The translations under genes and the position numbers were made by a program. From positions 1 to 58,070 of the IMG/VR virus record IMGVR_UViG_3300021414_000003: a stretch of DNA of 58,070 nucleotides. The stretch is one strand, 5' to 3'. The first letter of the stretch is position 1; each line of letters starts with the position of its first letter. Positions 18,749-27,789 of this stretch are shown piece by piece. The notes beneath the pieces are model-generated. The model was not told the DNA's origin and did not search any database. It saw only the letters and a program-made list of their open reading frames with translations. This stretch comes from a virus. Taxonomy: Duplodnaviria; Caudoviricetes.

Positions 18749-18772
18749 AAAAAAAGCCACCCGGAGGTGGCT
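18749..18772 (-). terminator. Terminator-like hairpin upstream of tail tube gene
   Basis: AGCCACC-CGGA-GGTGGCT followed by U-tract on minus strand. Confidence 0.65.
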
Positions 18773-18791
18773 GGTTTGGATGGGGCGGCGA

Positions 18792-19145
18792 TCAGCGATC
18801 GGCCCAAATGTCGAAGTCTTGCCTGCTGCAGTACCGCGCCATGTCAGCTTCGAAGTCGCTCACGGCTGCGGCGATTGGGCTAGCCTGGATTTCGGTAGCT
18901 CCGCTCAGGCGCGCTTCGATCGCCAGGATCACGGCCTTGGCCTCCTTGCGAGAGTCGGCCCAGACGTTCACCTGCATATCGGCGTTCTCTTTCGATGGCA
19001 CAGTGTTATCGAGGCACTCGACCACCTCGCCGCCGATCTGTTGAAAGGTCACGTACGGACGCTCAGTCTCAGGCGGCGCAAAGTCGGGGAACACGCGCGG
19101 GCAGACGGCCGCCAGCTCGATGTACAGTCGCTCCTCAAGTGTCAT
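18792..19145 (-). CDS. Tail terminator (DUF3168-like)
   Basis: PYVTFQQIGG, QVNVWA. Confidence 0.85.
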   Translation of the reverse strand: MTLEERLYIELAAVCPRVFPDFAPPETERPYVTFQQIGGEVVECLDNTVPSKENADMQVNVWADSRKEAKAVILAIEARLSGATEIQASPIAAAVSDFEADMARYCSRQDFDIWADR

Positions 19146-19665
19146 TGTTGATGGCCTGTAGCAATTTGGTTTTGGCCGCCTCGGCAGCCTGCTCTGATTT
19201 CGACGTCGCCCTGCGCACGAATGCGCGTGCTGCAACCTGCTTCGGCGCCGGCAGCGGGACGTAGTAGGCATCCTTTTCGGCCTGCGATGCGTTTCGGCGG
19301 GGCCTGCGGGTTCCGCGCTTGCTCGGGCGTATGGCAGTGTAAAAATTGCCGTCGCTACCCTGGTAGGTCACGTACCGCTGAATGTGGCCGAACTCGACCA
19401 GGCCGCCGTGCGGCGCTTTTCTGTGGTTCCAACTGGCTTGGTAGGTGGCAATGCCCGGGCTACTGCGCGATTCCGAGTAGACCTGGTAGATGCTGCGCCC
19501 GAGATTCCCGGTTTTTTGTGGAATGGCAGCGACGTTGCGCTTAATCTCGTCGTACAGGACCTGAATCGCTGCCTGGCTCGCTGGCCGCGCCGCAGCTTCT
19601 GCAGCATCGGCCCGATTCTCCATGAATTCTTCAAGATGTCCGAGATCCAACTGCAAAAGGCTCAT
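19135..19665 (-). CDS. HK97 gp10-like neck protein
   Basis: TGNL.RSI, LVEFGH, A.AFVR. Confidence 0.85.
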   Translation of the reverse strand: MSLLQLDLGHLEEFMENRADAAEAAARPASQAAIQVLYDEIKRNVAAIPQKTGNLGRSIYQVYSESRSSPGIATYQASWNHRKAPHGGLVEFGHIQRYVTYQGSDGNFYTAIRPSKRGTRRPRRNASQAEKDAYYVPLPAPKQVAARAFVRRATSKSEQAAEAAKTKLLQAINNDT

Positions 19666-19967
19666 TTCGCAGCCTCGCAGACCAGGTCCATGAACCGCCG
19701 GTCCGCGTTGCGCAGTGGTGGCGACTTGATCTCATAAGTCGTTTCGCCGTGCACCAGGCGCATGGCCGCATCGACTTCCGACCGGTACCACATGCGAACG
19801 GAGGCGCGCAGCACCGACACGTCGGCGCCGGCGCGCAAAGTCTCCAGCCCGCGCAGGTGGCGAACGTCGGCCCAGAAAACGCCGAGATCGATCCATTCGC
19901 TAATGGGTTGCCCGATCGTGTCGGCGCCGACGGCGCGTTGCTGAATGGTGATGCGGTCGTTGAACAT
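19662..19967 (-). CDS. Head closure protein
   Basis: RITIQ...D..GQ...W...WA.V..L.G.E. Confidence 0.88.
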   Translation of the reverse strand: MFNDRITIQQRAVGADTIGQPISEWIDLGVFWADVRHLRGLETLRAGADVSVLRASVRMWYRSEVDAAMRLVHGETTYEIKSPPLRNADRRFMDLVCEAAK

Positions 19968-20512
19968 TAGAGGTACACCCTTTCACCATCCAGCAACCGC
20001 GGCGCGCTCGCTGCCAGCGATGCTGACAGCTGTCCGAATTGATCTGCCACGCGGCGCAGGATGAAGCCTTTGATCGAATCAGGCACACTCGTGTGGTCCG
20101 GGCCGTAGCCGGCGGTGTACTGCACCTCGACGGCGTTGATTCGATCCGCCGTTGGGGGCCAGGCCTTGCGCGGTGCCGGAACGATATAGCCCGGCTCGCT
20201 TACTGAGTCGGCCTCGTAGTCCTGAGGGTCGATCGTCTGCCACTGGCCGTTGGTGTCGAGGTATTTCACGTGCGCGACCGAAACCAGCGGTGGTCGCTCG
20301 AGCTTCAGCGCCGGCGAGAACTTGTCGACCGTGAGACGCCAGGTCTGGTTGATGAGCGCGCGCTGGGTTTCGAACTCGGCTTCAGCCGTGTACGTCCGAA
20401 CCGCCTGCTCGACCTCACTGTCGATACCTGCGCCGTTCGCGCGCGCCGCTGTGATGGCGGCTTCGAGCGAAACGGCCAGGCCAACCGCCGGGGTAATCAG
20501 TTTTGCGGTCAT
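19967..20512 (-). CDS. Head-tail connector
   Basis: AE..TQRALINQTW, YTAGYG. Confidence 0.85.
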   Translation of the reverse strand: MTAKLITPAVGLAVSLEAAITAARANGAGIDSEVEQAVRTYTAEAEFETQRALINQTWRLTVDKFSPALKLERPPLVSVAHVKYLDTNGQWQTIDPQDYEADSVSEPGYIVPAPRKAWPPTADRINAVEVQYTAGYGPDHTSVPDSIKGFILRRVADQFGQLSASLAASAPRLLDGERVYL

Positions 20513-21669
20513 CGGATATTCCTTTGGATTTCAGCTATGCGCGCACCGCCGACCTGGGCCGGGCGCGCCCGATATTCGTTGCGTTGCGGGGCATAGCCAG
20601 AGCCCGCTGGCGCGCGTGCATATCGGACACCGGCACCAAGTACACCGCCAGCCGACACGACAGTGTGCGTATTACCCGACAGCGCGATCCAGGTGATGAG
20701 CGAACCGCTCGCCGTGATGCGCGCCGGCATCACGCCGGACAGCACGATCGCGGTGAACAGGTCGCCGGTACCGATCGCGCGCATGGACGCACCGCCGGAC
20801 AGCACCACGGCCGATCCCGCCAACGCGCCGCCGGCAAACACCTGAAGCGCGGCGGTGCCGGCCAGGAGAATGGATGTCGACAGCGTGCCAGCGGCGGACG
20901 CCCGGACAGCGGCGTCGCCGGCCAGCGCAGCGCCAGCACCGGCAAGTGATCCGGACGCGGCCGCCTGTAGCGCGGCGGCGCCGGAGAACGGAATGGACGT
21001 TGAGAGCGATCCAGCGACAGCCACGCGGGCGACAGCAGCACCGGCCATCTGCGCAGCGCCGCTGTCCAATTGGCCCGACGCGGACGCGGTGACCGACGCG
21101 GCACCGGATAACGGGATATCGGTGGTAAACACGCCGGCGACGAAGGTGCGCACCGAAGCACCGCCGACCAGGGTCGCACCGCCGCCGGTCAATGCGCCCA
21201 ACGCGGACACCTGCAGCGCGGCAGCACCGACCAACCGAATGACAGTCGACAGCGCGCCGGTGGCGGACGCGACCAGCGAAGCGCTACCGGCCAGTCGAAC
21301 CTGCGTGGTTAGCGCGCCCGAGGCGGATACCTGGAGCGCAGCGGTGCCGGACAGAATCGCGCTGGCGGAAGCGAGCGAACCGGACGTGGACGCAACGAGC
21401 GCGGCCGAGCCGGACAGCGGGATCGAAGTGGTCAGTGTGCCCGATGATGAAGCTGCGAGCATGCCGGCACCGGTCAAACGCACTTGCGTCGACAGCGAGC
21501 CCGATGCGGCAACCGCGCCAGCGGCGCTGCCTGCCAAGCGAATGACGCTGGACAGCGTTCCGGTGGCGGACACTTGGAGCGCGGCGGCGCCGGCCAGAAC
21601 CGCACCGGAGGTCACGCCCCCTGTATCGAAAGCGTTACTGGCGAATGCGTTACTGGCGAAAACACCCAT
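20509..21669 (-). CDS. Ala/Gly/Ser-rich repeat protein, putative fibre shaft
   Basis: ~16 imperfect 20-22 aa repeats of the type L.G.AAL.V.ASG.L. Confidence 0.75.
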   Translation of the reverse strand: MGVFASNAFASNAFDTGGVTSGAVLAGAAALQVSATGTLSSVIRLAGSAAGAVAASGSLSTQVRLTGAGMLAASSSGTLTTSIPLSGSAALVASTSGSLASASAILSGTAALQVSASGALTTQVRLAGSASLVASATGALSTVIRLVGAAALQVSALGALTGGGATLVGGASVRTFVAGVFTTDIPLSGAASVTASASGQLDSGAAQMAGAAVARVAVAGSLSTSIPFSGAAALQAAASGSLAGAGAALAGDAAVRASAAGTLSTSILLAGTAALQVFAGGALAGSAVVLSGGASMRAIGTGDLFTAIVLSGVMPARITASGSLITWIALSGNTHTVVSAGGVLGAGVRYARAPAGSGYAPQRNEYRARPAQVGGARIAEIQRNIR

Positions 21670-21671
21670 GG

Positions 21672-22058
21672 CTACAGGCTCGCGGCCAGTTGGAACAGCG
21701 CGTACATTTCGTCAACCGACTTGCCCAGGCCCGCGCCCATGGTGATGGTCAGCTCGTTGTCCGAGTAGAAGCGCGGCGAGTGCAGCCAGCCGATCTTCAG
21801 TTCGATGTTATTGCTTGCCGCCACTGCTGCTTCGACAAGGTCAAAAAGACCCATCCTGATCAACGCCTTGCGGATTTGAAAAGCCGACACGTCGATGCGC
21901 GGCAGGAACGGTTCGGCGTCTGGTACTTTGGTCGGGCCATTCCCGGCGCGCAGGAAGTCCAGGTAGCGCTGATACGCCTGCGTGCTGTCGTCCTGCTCGA
22001 GCGGCACGCCGCTTTCGAAGATCCTCCCGCTCGGCACGGAGATAGTCCAGGCAGTCAT
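21672..22058 (-). CDS. Putative fibre chaperone
   Basis: Y..YL.FL.AGN.P and VSAFQIRKAL...W...F...LF..A pattern of small fibre-adjacent proteins. Confidence 0.6.
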   Translation of the reverse strand: MTAWTISVPSGRIFESGVPLEQDDSTQAYQRYLDFLRAGNGPTKVPDAEPFLPRIDVSAFQIRKALIRMGLFDLVEAAVAASNNIELKIGWLHSPRFYSDNELTITMGAGLGKSVDEMYALFQLAASL

Positions 22059-22059
22059 A

Positions 22060-22965
22060 TCAATTCTCCGTTTCGATGTACATCAGCATGAGGTCGACGC
22101 CAGCGGCGACACCTGACGGCCCATTCGACACGTTGAGGTGCGGCTGCAGCAGTATCTCAATGGGGAGGTCGCCAAGCATGGTGCCGGTTGCGGTCACGCC
22201 GGTCGTCAGGTTTGTGGCCTGCCAGGAAACCGTTTGTGCACCCGGCGCCACGCGCATGACAAACTCGATCACATCGGTGTTGTTGGTGTTGCATGGGAAG
22301 CCAGCCGGGAGCGGCGTCTTGGTCGGGACGCCGCTCCCGTCGTTGCAGTAAACGCTCCAGACGGTATCGCCCGCATCAAAGCCAATGCCGATCATGTCGG
22401 TGAGCGAGCTCGGGGACGCCGAGCCGTATGCCGACGAGCTCCCCATCATGCCGAAAAAGCAACGAGCATCGTTCACATACGCCGAGGTGCCGAAGCGCCA
22501 CACCTGCAAGAAACCGCCCGTGCGCGGCGCGCTGCCGATGATGTAAAGCCGCTCAGCCGCACTGCCTGCGCGGGCATTGACATTGGCGTTGGCAGTCGCG
22601 GCGGTCACGTAGCCGACGCGACGGTGCGAGGCGAAGAACGACAATGACCCCACCGATCGCGCGGTAGGAGCGCCCGGATTAATGAGGATACCACTGGCGG
22701 TGATGGTGGTCGAGCCGCCGTTGGGCAGCCAGTAGGCCGGACGACAGCGCAAGAAGGCCGTCTGCATCAACGCGATCGAACCGCCAGGGGCGACAACGCC
22801 CAGCACCGGTCGCCCTGCATAGTCCTGGGCGACCGGGCTCAGGCCGGCAGCAGGTGCGGTCGCGTCCGCGTCGAAAATGTGCGGCTCGTTCCACTTGCCC
22901 GAGTCGACGTCGGTTGGGTCAGGTGTCGCCGGCGCTACCGTAACGAACAAGTGTCGCATTGACAT
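22060..22965 (-). CDS. Putative lectin-like / receptor-binding virion protein
   Basis: 301 aa, beta-rich; WN.PH anchor-like N-terminus. Confidence 0.55.
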   Translation of the reverse strand: MSMRHLFVTVAPATPDPTDVDSGKWNEPHIFDADATAPAAGLSPVAQDYAGRPVLGVVAPGGSIALMQTAFLRCRPAYWLPNGGSTTITASGILINPGAPTARSVGSLSFFASHRRVGYVTAATANANVNARAGSAAERLYIIGSAPRTGGFLQVWRFGTSAYVNDARCFFGMMGSSSAYGSASPSSLTDMIGIGFDAGDTVWSVYCNDGSGVPTKTPLPAGFPCNTNNTDVIEFVMRVAPGAQTVSWQATNLTTGVTATGTMLGDLPIEILLQPHLNVSNGPSGVAAGVDLMLMYIETEN

Positions 22966-22967
22966 GA

Positions 22968-23438
22968 TTAATTATCGATCTGGATGGTCAGCGCGCCGGC
23001 TGCGAATGACGGTGCGGGGTCGCCGTTGTTGATCGTTTTCGGCGCGCCCAGTGCAGCGTAGAACAGCTCGACGCCGCCGGTCAGCGAGTCGTGCACGCCG
23101 AAGCCGACAACCTGACCCCACGGAGCACCTGGCGTGCCGAAGGTGATCGCCGCGTTGTTCGAGGTGGTGCCGCTGGTGCCCGTCGACGCCACGGTGGTGC
23201 CGGCGCCTTGCGTGCCCGCCCAGGCGGCCAGGGTGCAGGGCACGGCCACACGCGCGTAACCAGCGCCCGAGACTTCCGCGCCCTGCGCGGCGTCGCTGTC
23301 GGCGGCAGTTTTCAGGCTGATGAACACCTGCGACAGGCCGGTGCCGGAACCAGCGGAAGCGCCAGCCAAGCCGAGCGCCTGACCACGCAGGAGGAAGTCG
23401 ATCAGTTTATTTTCGAAGTTGTCGCTTGCTGCGCTCAT
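22968..23438 (-). CDS. Conserved phage fibre-associated structural protein
   Basis: EVSG.GYARVAV, N..AITF....WG.V....V.D..TGG motifs. Confidence 0.7.
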   Translation of the reverse strand: MSAASDNFENKLIDFLLRGQALGLAGASAGSGTGLSQVFISLKTAADSDAAQGAEVSGAGYARVAVPCTLAAWAGTQGAGTTVASTGTSGTTSNNAAITFGTPGAPWGQVVGFGVHDSLTGGVELFYAALGAPKTINNGDPAPSFAAGALTIQIDN

Positions 23439-23445
23439 GTGGTCC

Positions 23446-23733
23446 TCAATTATTCGTTTCGCCACCGGCGACAGGCGCCGACAGCTCGATTGTTTTCATG
23501 CGCCCGCGCCGCTCGAGCATCACCGTGGTGACGCCGCTGTCACGCAGCAGGTTGAGCATCGCTTCCCAGGTCTCGCGGTCGGCGATGCCATGGGCGCCAC
23601 TCAGGTAGACGATTTGGTCGTTGAGGTGCGTTACGGTGACGATTGCGCGGTAAGGCAATCGTTTTTCGTAGCCGCCTGGCTGGTCGTAGGCGCGGATCTC
23701 GGAAGTTCGCGTGCTCATTTCCAGGTGGATCAT
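23446..23733 (-). CDS. Hypothetical protein
   Basis: 95-aa ORF in late operon with GGAGG SD. Confidence 0.7.
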   Translation of the reverse strand: MIHLEMSTRTSEIRAYDQPGGYEKRLPYRAIVTVTHLNDQIVYLSGAHGIADRETWEAMLNLLRDSGVTTVMLERRGRMKTIELSAPVAGGETNN

Positions 23734-23806
23734 GTCGACCTCCAGGCGGCCGGGAACGGCAGCACTTCCGATTTGCGGGATGGTGCGAGCCGGCCCGGCC
23801 TGCGGA

Positions 23807-23959
23807 TTACTTCGCGTCGGTCTTAGCCGGCTTGCTTTCCGGCTCGACGGCTTCCGCCACCTTGCCGTCGATGAGGGTTTTTGCCTGCTCTGGCTCGAAG
23901 CCGGCGACGTCGCCGCGGCTGTAAATCTTCCACGGCTTGATAAATTTGACCGATTTCAT
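23807..23959 (-). CDS. Small capsid-adjacent protein
   Basis: MKSVKFIKPW.IY..GDVAGF...A..LI..KVA, directly after capsid gene. Confidence 0.7.
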   Translation of the reverse strand: MKSVKFIKPWKIYSRGDVAGFEPEQAKTLIDGKVAEAVEPESKPAKTDAK

Positions 23960-24020
23960 GCTCGGACTCCTATTGAATGGGTGAGCCGACCTGCGGTTGC
24001 AGGTCGGCAATCAGGTCGCT

Positions 24021-25352
24021 TTACGCGCCCCAGGTAACGCCGGTCAGGATCGATACCGATTCGACGTGGCGTGGGCCGAAGTCGTGCTTCGCGATCACGC
24101 GGACCAGGGTCTGGTCACGCTGGAACGCGCTGACGACGTTGCCGCCTTCGTCCTTGTAGGTCGCCTCTTTCGAATAGTCGATCAGCAGGGTCTCGTCTTC
24201 GCCGATGAAGCAGTCGTTGAAGTCCACGAAGTAGATTTCCGACGCGTTCGAACCGGCGCCCAGGTTGTTTGGCACCTGGGTGGTCTTGCCGATCGGGTAA
24301 CCCTTCAGGTTGCCATCCTTCATTTCCGGATAGACCTTGTTGCCGTTGCCGTCGCGCAGGCCTTCGAGGAAGCGGAACGAGCGCGGCGACATGATCCAGC
24401 CAGGCTTGCCCATGTTGGCGTTGACGGCTTCGAGGCACAGGATCAGCTTATTGAGATCGGTTTCGATCTTCTGCAGCGTATCGCCGGCCGAGGCGACAAT
24501 CTTGAAGCCGGCGAGCGCCCAGGACAACAGGCCTTTTGGCGTGTCCAAGGTGCCATCGTCGCGAATGAACGCCTTGTCCTCGCGGGATGCCATGGCTCCG
24601 GTGAGATCGTCCACGACGAGCTTGTCGACGTTCGGGCTCGTACCAGCATAGGCCAGCAGGTCATTCGAGATCGGCACCAGGCCAGTCAGCTTTTTGGCCG
24701 ACAGCTTCAGATTGTCGAAGGTCTGGCCAGTCGTCGGGATATCGGTGTCGCTACCGATGTAGCCGACCACGGCGCCGCCCTTCAAGCGCGGCAGCGTGAT
24801 GTTGCCGTTGGTGAGCGGCAGCGAGCGCGCACCGAGCCGGCGCACGACCGATTGCGGACGCCACAGCTCGATCACTTCGCGCGCCATGTTGGCCGGAACC
24901 AGCACACCACCGGCGCCGGGGGTCAGGGTGTTCAGTGCCATCGCCACGTCTTCGCCGAACTGGTTGTCCATGGCGAATTTGGCAGCGACCTGCTGGTTGC
25001 CGCCGGCGACGACGAGCGCACGCACCATGCGCGACATGCCGGAGCCCGGCAGATCGGCGGTGCGCGGGCGTGCAGGCATGCTTGTCGAAGCGCCGGCCGC
25101 CGGTGGCGCGGCTGGCTGGTGAGCGGCGGCCAGCGCGCGGTCGACCGGCACCGCGGCCGCGGCGGCGATGCTTTCGGCAGATTCCATGCGGGTGATTTGA
25201 GCGGTCAGTTCGCCGAAGCGAGCCTGCAGGTCGGTGAATTCTTGCACCTGCTCGACGCTCAGCTGGGTGCCGGTGGCTTCGATCACGGCCAGAGCCTGGA
25301 CGCTGGCGTTGACCTTGGCGCGTTCGCTGCGGAGTTCGTTAATGGTTGGCAT
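24021..25352 (-). CDS. Major capsid protein, HK97 fold
   Basis: Delta-domain coiled coil, AGGVLVP, KKL..LVPISNDLL, SAFQRDQT. Confidence 0.95.
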   Translation of the reverse strand: MPTINELRSERAKVNASVQALAVIEATGTQLSVEQVQEFTDLQARFGELTAQITRMESAESIAAAAAVPVDRALAAAHQPAAPPAAGASTSMPARPRTADLPGSGMSRMVRALVVAGGNQQVAAKFAMDNQFGEDVAMALNTLTPGAGGVLVPANMAREVIELWRPQSVVRRLGARSLPLTNGNITLPRLKGGAVVGYIGSDTDIPTTGQTFDNLKLSAKKLTGLVPISNDLLAYAGTSPNVDKLVVDDLTGAMASREDKAFIRDDGTLDTPKGLLSWALAGFKIVASAGDTLQKIETDLNKLILCLEAVNANMGKPGWIMSPRSFRFLEGLRDGNGNKVYPEMKDGNLKGYPIGKTTQVPNNLGAGSNASEIYFVDFNDCFIGEDETLLIDYSKEATYKDEGGNVVSAFQRDQTLVRVIAKHDFGPRHVESVSILTGVTWGA

Positions 25353-25417
25353 ATTGCCCTTCCTAGAAATGAAAAAGCCGCCTCGAGGGCGGCTGGTTGC
25401 TTGTCCCGCGAACGCGG

Positions 25418-26377
25418 TCAAATTTGGTTCTGGATTGCCATCGCTTTCGCGCGGGCGCCGATGGAGGTTTGCTTCGTGGTGCGTGCTGCCCGGGCCTGCC
25501 GCGCTTGTGCGGCCACACGGTCGGCGGCCGCCTGGGGTGTTTCGATGCGGTCGGCAAGGCCGAGGTCGATGCCCTTCTGGCCGAAGAAGACGCCCGCCTC
25601 GGTTCCACGCACGGCGTCTGCACCAATGCTGCGGTACTTTGCGACGGCGTCAGTTAACTGGGTGTAGTAGCCCTGCACCATCTCGTTGAGGAACTGCATC
25701 GACTGGTCGGTCAGCGCTTCGTGAGGGCTCATATCGTTCTTGTGCGCGCCGGCGTAGACCGTCGTCACCTTCACGCCCATTTGTTCGTTGCGCGCCGAGA
25801 CGTCCATGTGCTTCGCAATCACGCCGATCGAGCCGACGCCCGACGTGCGCGACACGGAAACGTCGCCGATGGCCGAGGCCAGGAGATAGGCTGCCGAGAA
25901 GGCATTGAAGTTCACGATCGCGCTCATAGGCTTGATGCCGCGGGCTTCGAACAGGAAATCAGCCAGCTCGAAGCAGCCGGTCGTGCTGCCGCCTGGGCTG
26001 TCGACGTCGAAAGCGATGTGCTCGACGGCCGGGTCGGCCAGCGCCGCGCTGACCTGCGAACGGATCTGCTCGTAGCTGGTCATCGTCTCGCACAGGCTCA
26101 GCTGCGTGCTGCGGCTGACCAGGACGCCGTGGATCGGGATCATGGCCACGCCGGTGTCGGCGATCGCCTGGCGGCGTGCCTCATCGGCGCGGGCGGCGCT
26201 ACTTTCGTACGCGCCCTCGTCTTCCATCATCTGCGGCTGGGTGCCGTTGACGCTCAAGTTGACGATATTCAGGCTCATTTGCTGGTTGGCCCACTGCGCG
26301 ACCTGGTCCAGCATCGATTCAGTGACCATCTGCGGCTGGTTGAAGATCAGGCCGGCGAGGCGGAAGCGATTTTTCAT
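25418..26377 (-). CDS. Prohead protease, S49 family
   Basis: DSPGG, AFSAAY, VGSIGV, AGAHK. Confidence 0.93.
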   Translation of the reverse strand: MKNRFRLAGLIFNQPQMVTESMLDQVAQWANQQMSLNIVNLSVNGTQPQMMEDEGAYESSAARADEARRQAIADTGVAMIPIHGVLVSRSTQLSLCETMTSYEQIRSQVSAALADPAVEHIAFDVDSPGGSTTGCFELADFLFEARGIKPMSAIVNFNAFSAAYLLASAIGDVSVSRTSGVGSIGVIAKHMDVSARNEQMGVKVTTVYAGAHKNDMSPHEALTDQSMQFLNEMVQGYYTQLTDAVAKYRSIGADAVRGTEAGVFFGQKGIDLGLADRIETPQAAADRVAAQARQARAARTTKQTSIGARAKAMAIQNQI

Positions 26378-27624
26378 GCAAGGATTCCTTCGATTTCTGC
26401 GACCTGCGCAGCACTGGCCTTCGGTGGTGTGGCAGGCATAGGCTTGGCCGCGTCGACCATGTTCAGCGGCTGCAGGTAGGTGTTTCCGCCTGCGATCGGC
26501 GGCAGGTTTTCCAGCCGTCGGATGTCGTTCACCGACAGCCAGCCCCACTGGCGGGCGACGGCGTAGGCGTCGTAGCGCGATTTCTGGTCGCCGCGCAGCA
26601 GGCCGGAGACGTTGAATTCGATGTAATACTCGTCACGCTCGCTCGGCAGCAGCAGGTCGCGCATCATGGCCTGCTCGTGCCGCTTGATCCAGGGCAGGAG
26701 CGTGTAAATCACGAACTGGATTGCCTGGTGCTCGATATTCGAGAACGTGGCCTTGTCCAGCTCGCCGATCATGTGCGGCGGGATCTTGTAGATGCGCGCG
26801 ATCTCGAGCGCGCTCAGCTTCAGCGAAGCGATCAGGTCCGAATCGATGTTCGTCATCGACAACGGCTTGAAGGTCATCCCCTCCTGCAGCATCGCCACTT
26901 TTTTGGCGTTGCTACTGCCGCCGTAGCGCTGCGCCCACTGCTCAACCAGGCGGTCGACCACGCCCTGGTCTTTGATCGCGCCGCTCTCCCGTGGCCGTTC
27001 GATAACGCCCGAGAGCGCCGTCCCGTTCAGGAAGGACTTGCCGGCGTACTGCTGGATTGCCTGGGCGTGCCCGATCGCATTCGCATGCAGCATGATCGGC
27101 GAAACGCCCACATAGCCGTTCAGGCTCCACCAGCGCACGTGGTGCACCATGCGTTGAGGGATTGGCTCTTGGCCGTCGATGCGGTAGTACGGGAGCAGGT
27201 CCGGGCCTTTCAGCACCTGGACCGACTCGGAAGGCACAGGGTACAACCCGGTGACCGTGCTATCCCCGTCGCGGCCGATTATGCTGATCGAATTCCCGCG
27301 CGTACCGGCCTTCATCTGGCTTTGCTCGCGGTACTCGAACGGCGTCTGCCATTCATTCGGCGCATATGCCAGGATCCGGTATAGCGAGTGATCCTTTGCC
27401 GCCTCTCGGCCGCCGTCCTCGGTGCGCCGGAACAGCTCGAGCGGCAGCTGCGCGATGCTCTCGGCGAGCAGCGTTGTGCATGCCTGCAAAGCCGTATGCG
27501 CAAGCGCCGATTCGACCGTGACGATGGGGCCCGCATCGGAGCGCCCGCCGCCGAGTCCGGACAGCCAACCACCCTCCCCGCCGCCACCGCCGCCCGAGGC
27601 GCTAAAAAACTGTCGTGAGAACAT
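26374..27624 (-). CDS. Portal protein, HK97 family
   Basis: IAQLPL, PNEWQT, TFSNIEHQ, LLRGD, NDIRRLENLPP. Confidence 0.96.
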   Translation of the reverse strand: MFSRQFFSASGGGGGGEGGWLSGLGGGRSDAGPIVTVESALAHTALQACTTLLAESIAQLPLELFRRTEDGGREAAKDHSLYRILAYAPNEWQTPFEYREQSQMKAGTRGNSISIIGRDGDSTVTGLYPVPSESVQVLKGPDLLPYYRIDGQEPIPQRMVHHVRWWSLNGYVGVSPIMLHANAIGHAQAIQQYAGKSFLNGTALSGVIERPRESGAIKDQGVVDRLVEQWAQRYGGSSNAKKVAMLQEGMTFKPLSMTNIDSDLIASLKLSALEIARIYKIPPHMIGELDKATFSNIEHQAIQFVIYTLLPWIKRHEQAMMRDLLLPSERDEYYIEFNVSGLLRGDQKSRYDAYAVARQWGWLSVNDIRRLENLPPIAGGNTYLQPLNMVDAAKPMPATPPKASAAQVAEIEGILA

Positions 27625-27627
27625 CCG

Positions 27628-27789
27628 TTACCCTTTGCTGCCGCGACGGGCGACGATGTACGACCAGGCGACCAAGGCCGCCCCCGGGACGATGAAGCCG
27701 GCAGGGGTATAGATCATGGCCGCGCCTGCAGTCAGCAGGCCCAGGCCAATGAGGCCGGCGAGGAAGGTGATCAGGTCAAGCTTGGTCAT
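27628..27789 (-). CDS. Small two-TM membrane protein
   Basis: 53-aa hydrophobic ORF MTKLDLITFLAGLIGLG..., ATGA-coupled to terL; not in ORF track. Confidence 0.7.
   Translation of the reverse strand: MTKLDLITFLAGLIGLGLLTAGAAMIYTPAGFIVPGAALVAWSYIVARRGSKG

Noticed and set aside
23997-25667. 556-aa plus-strand ORF, and similar shadows (199..921, 15859..17076, 20855..21745, 53646..54800)
   Set aside because: Antisense shadows of well-supported genes in high-GC DNA, with no SD or recognisable motifs
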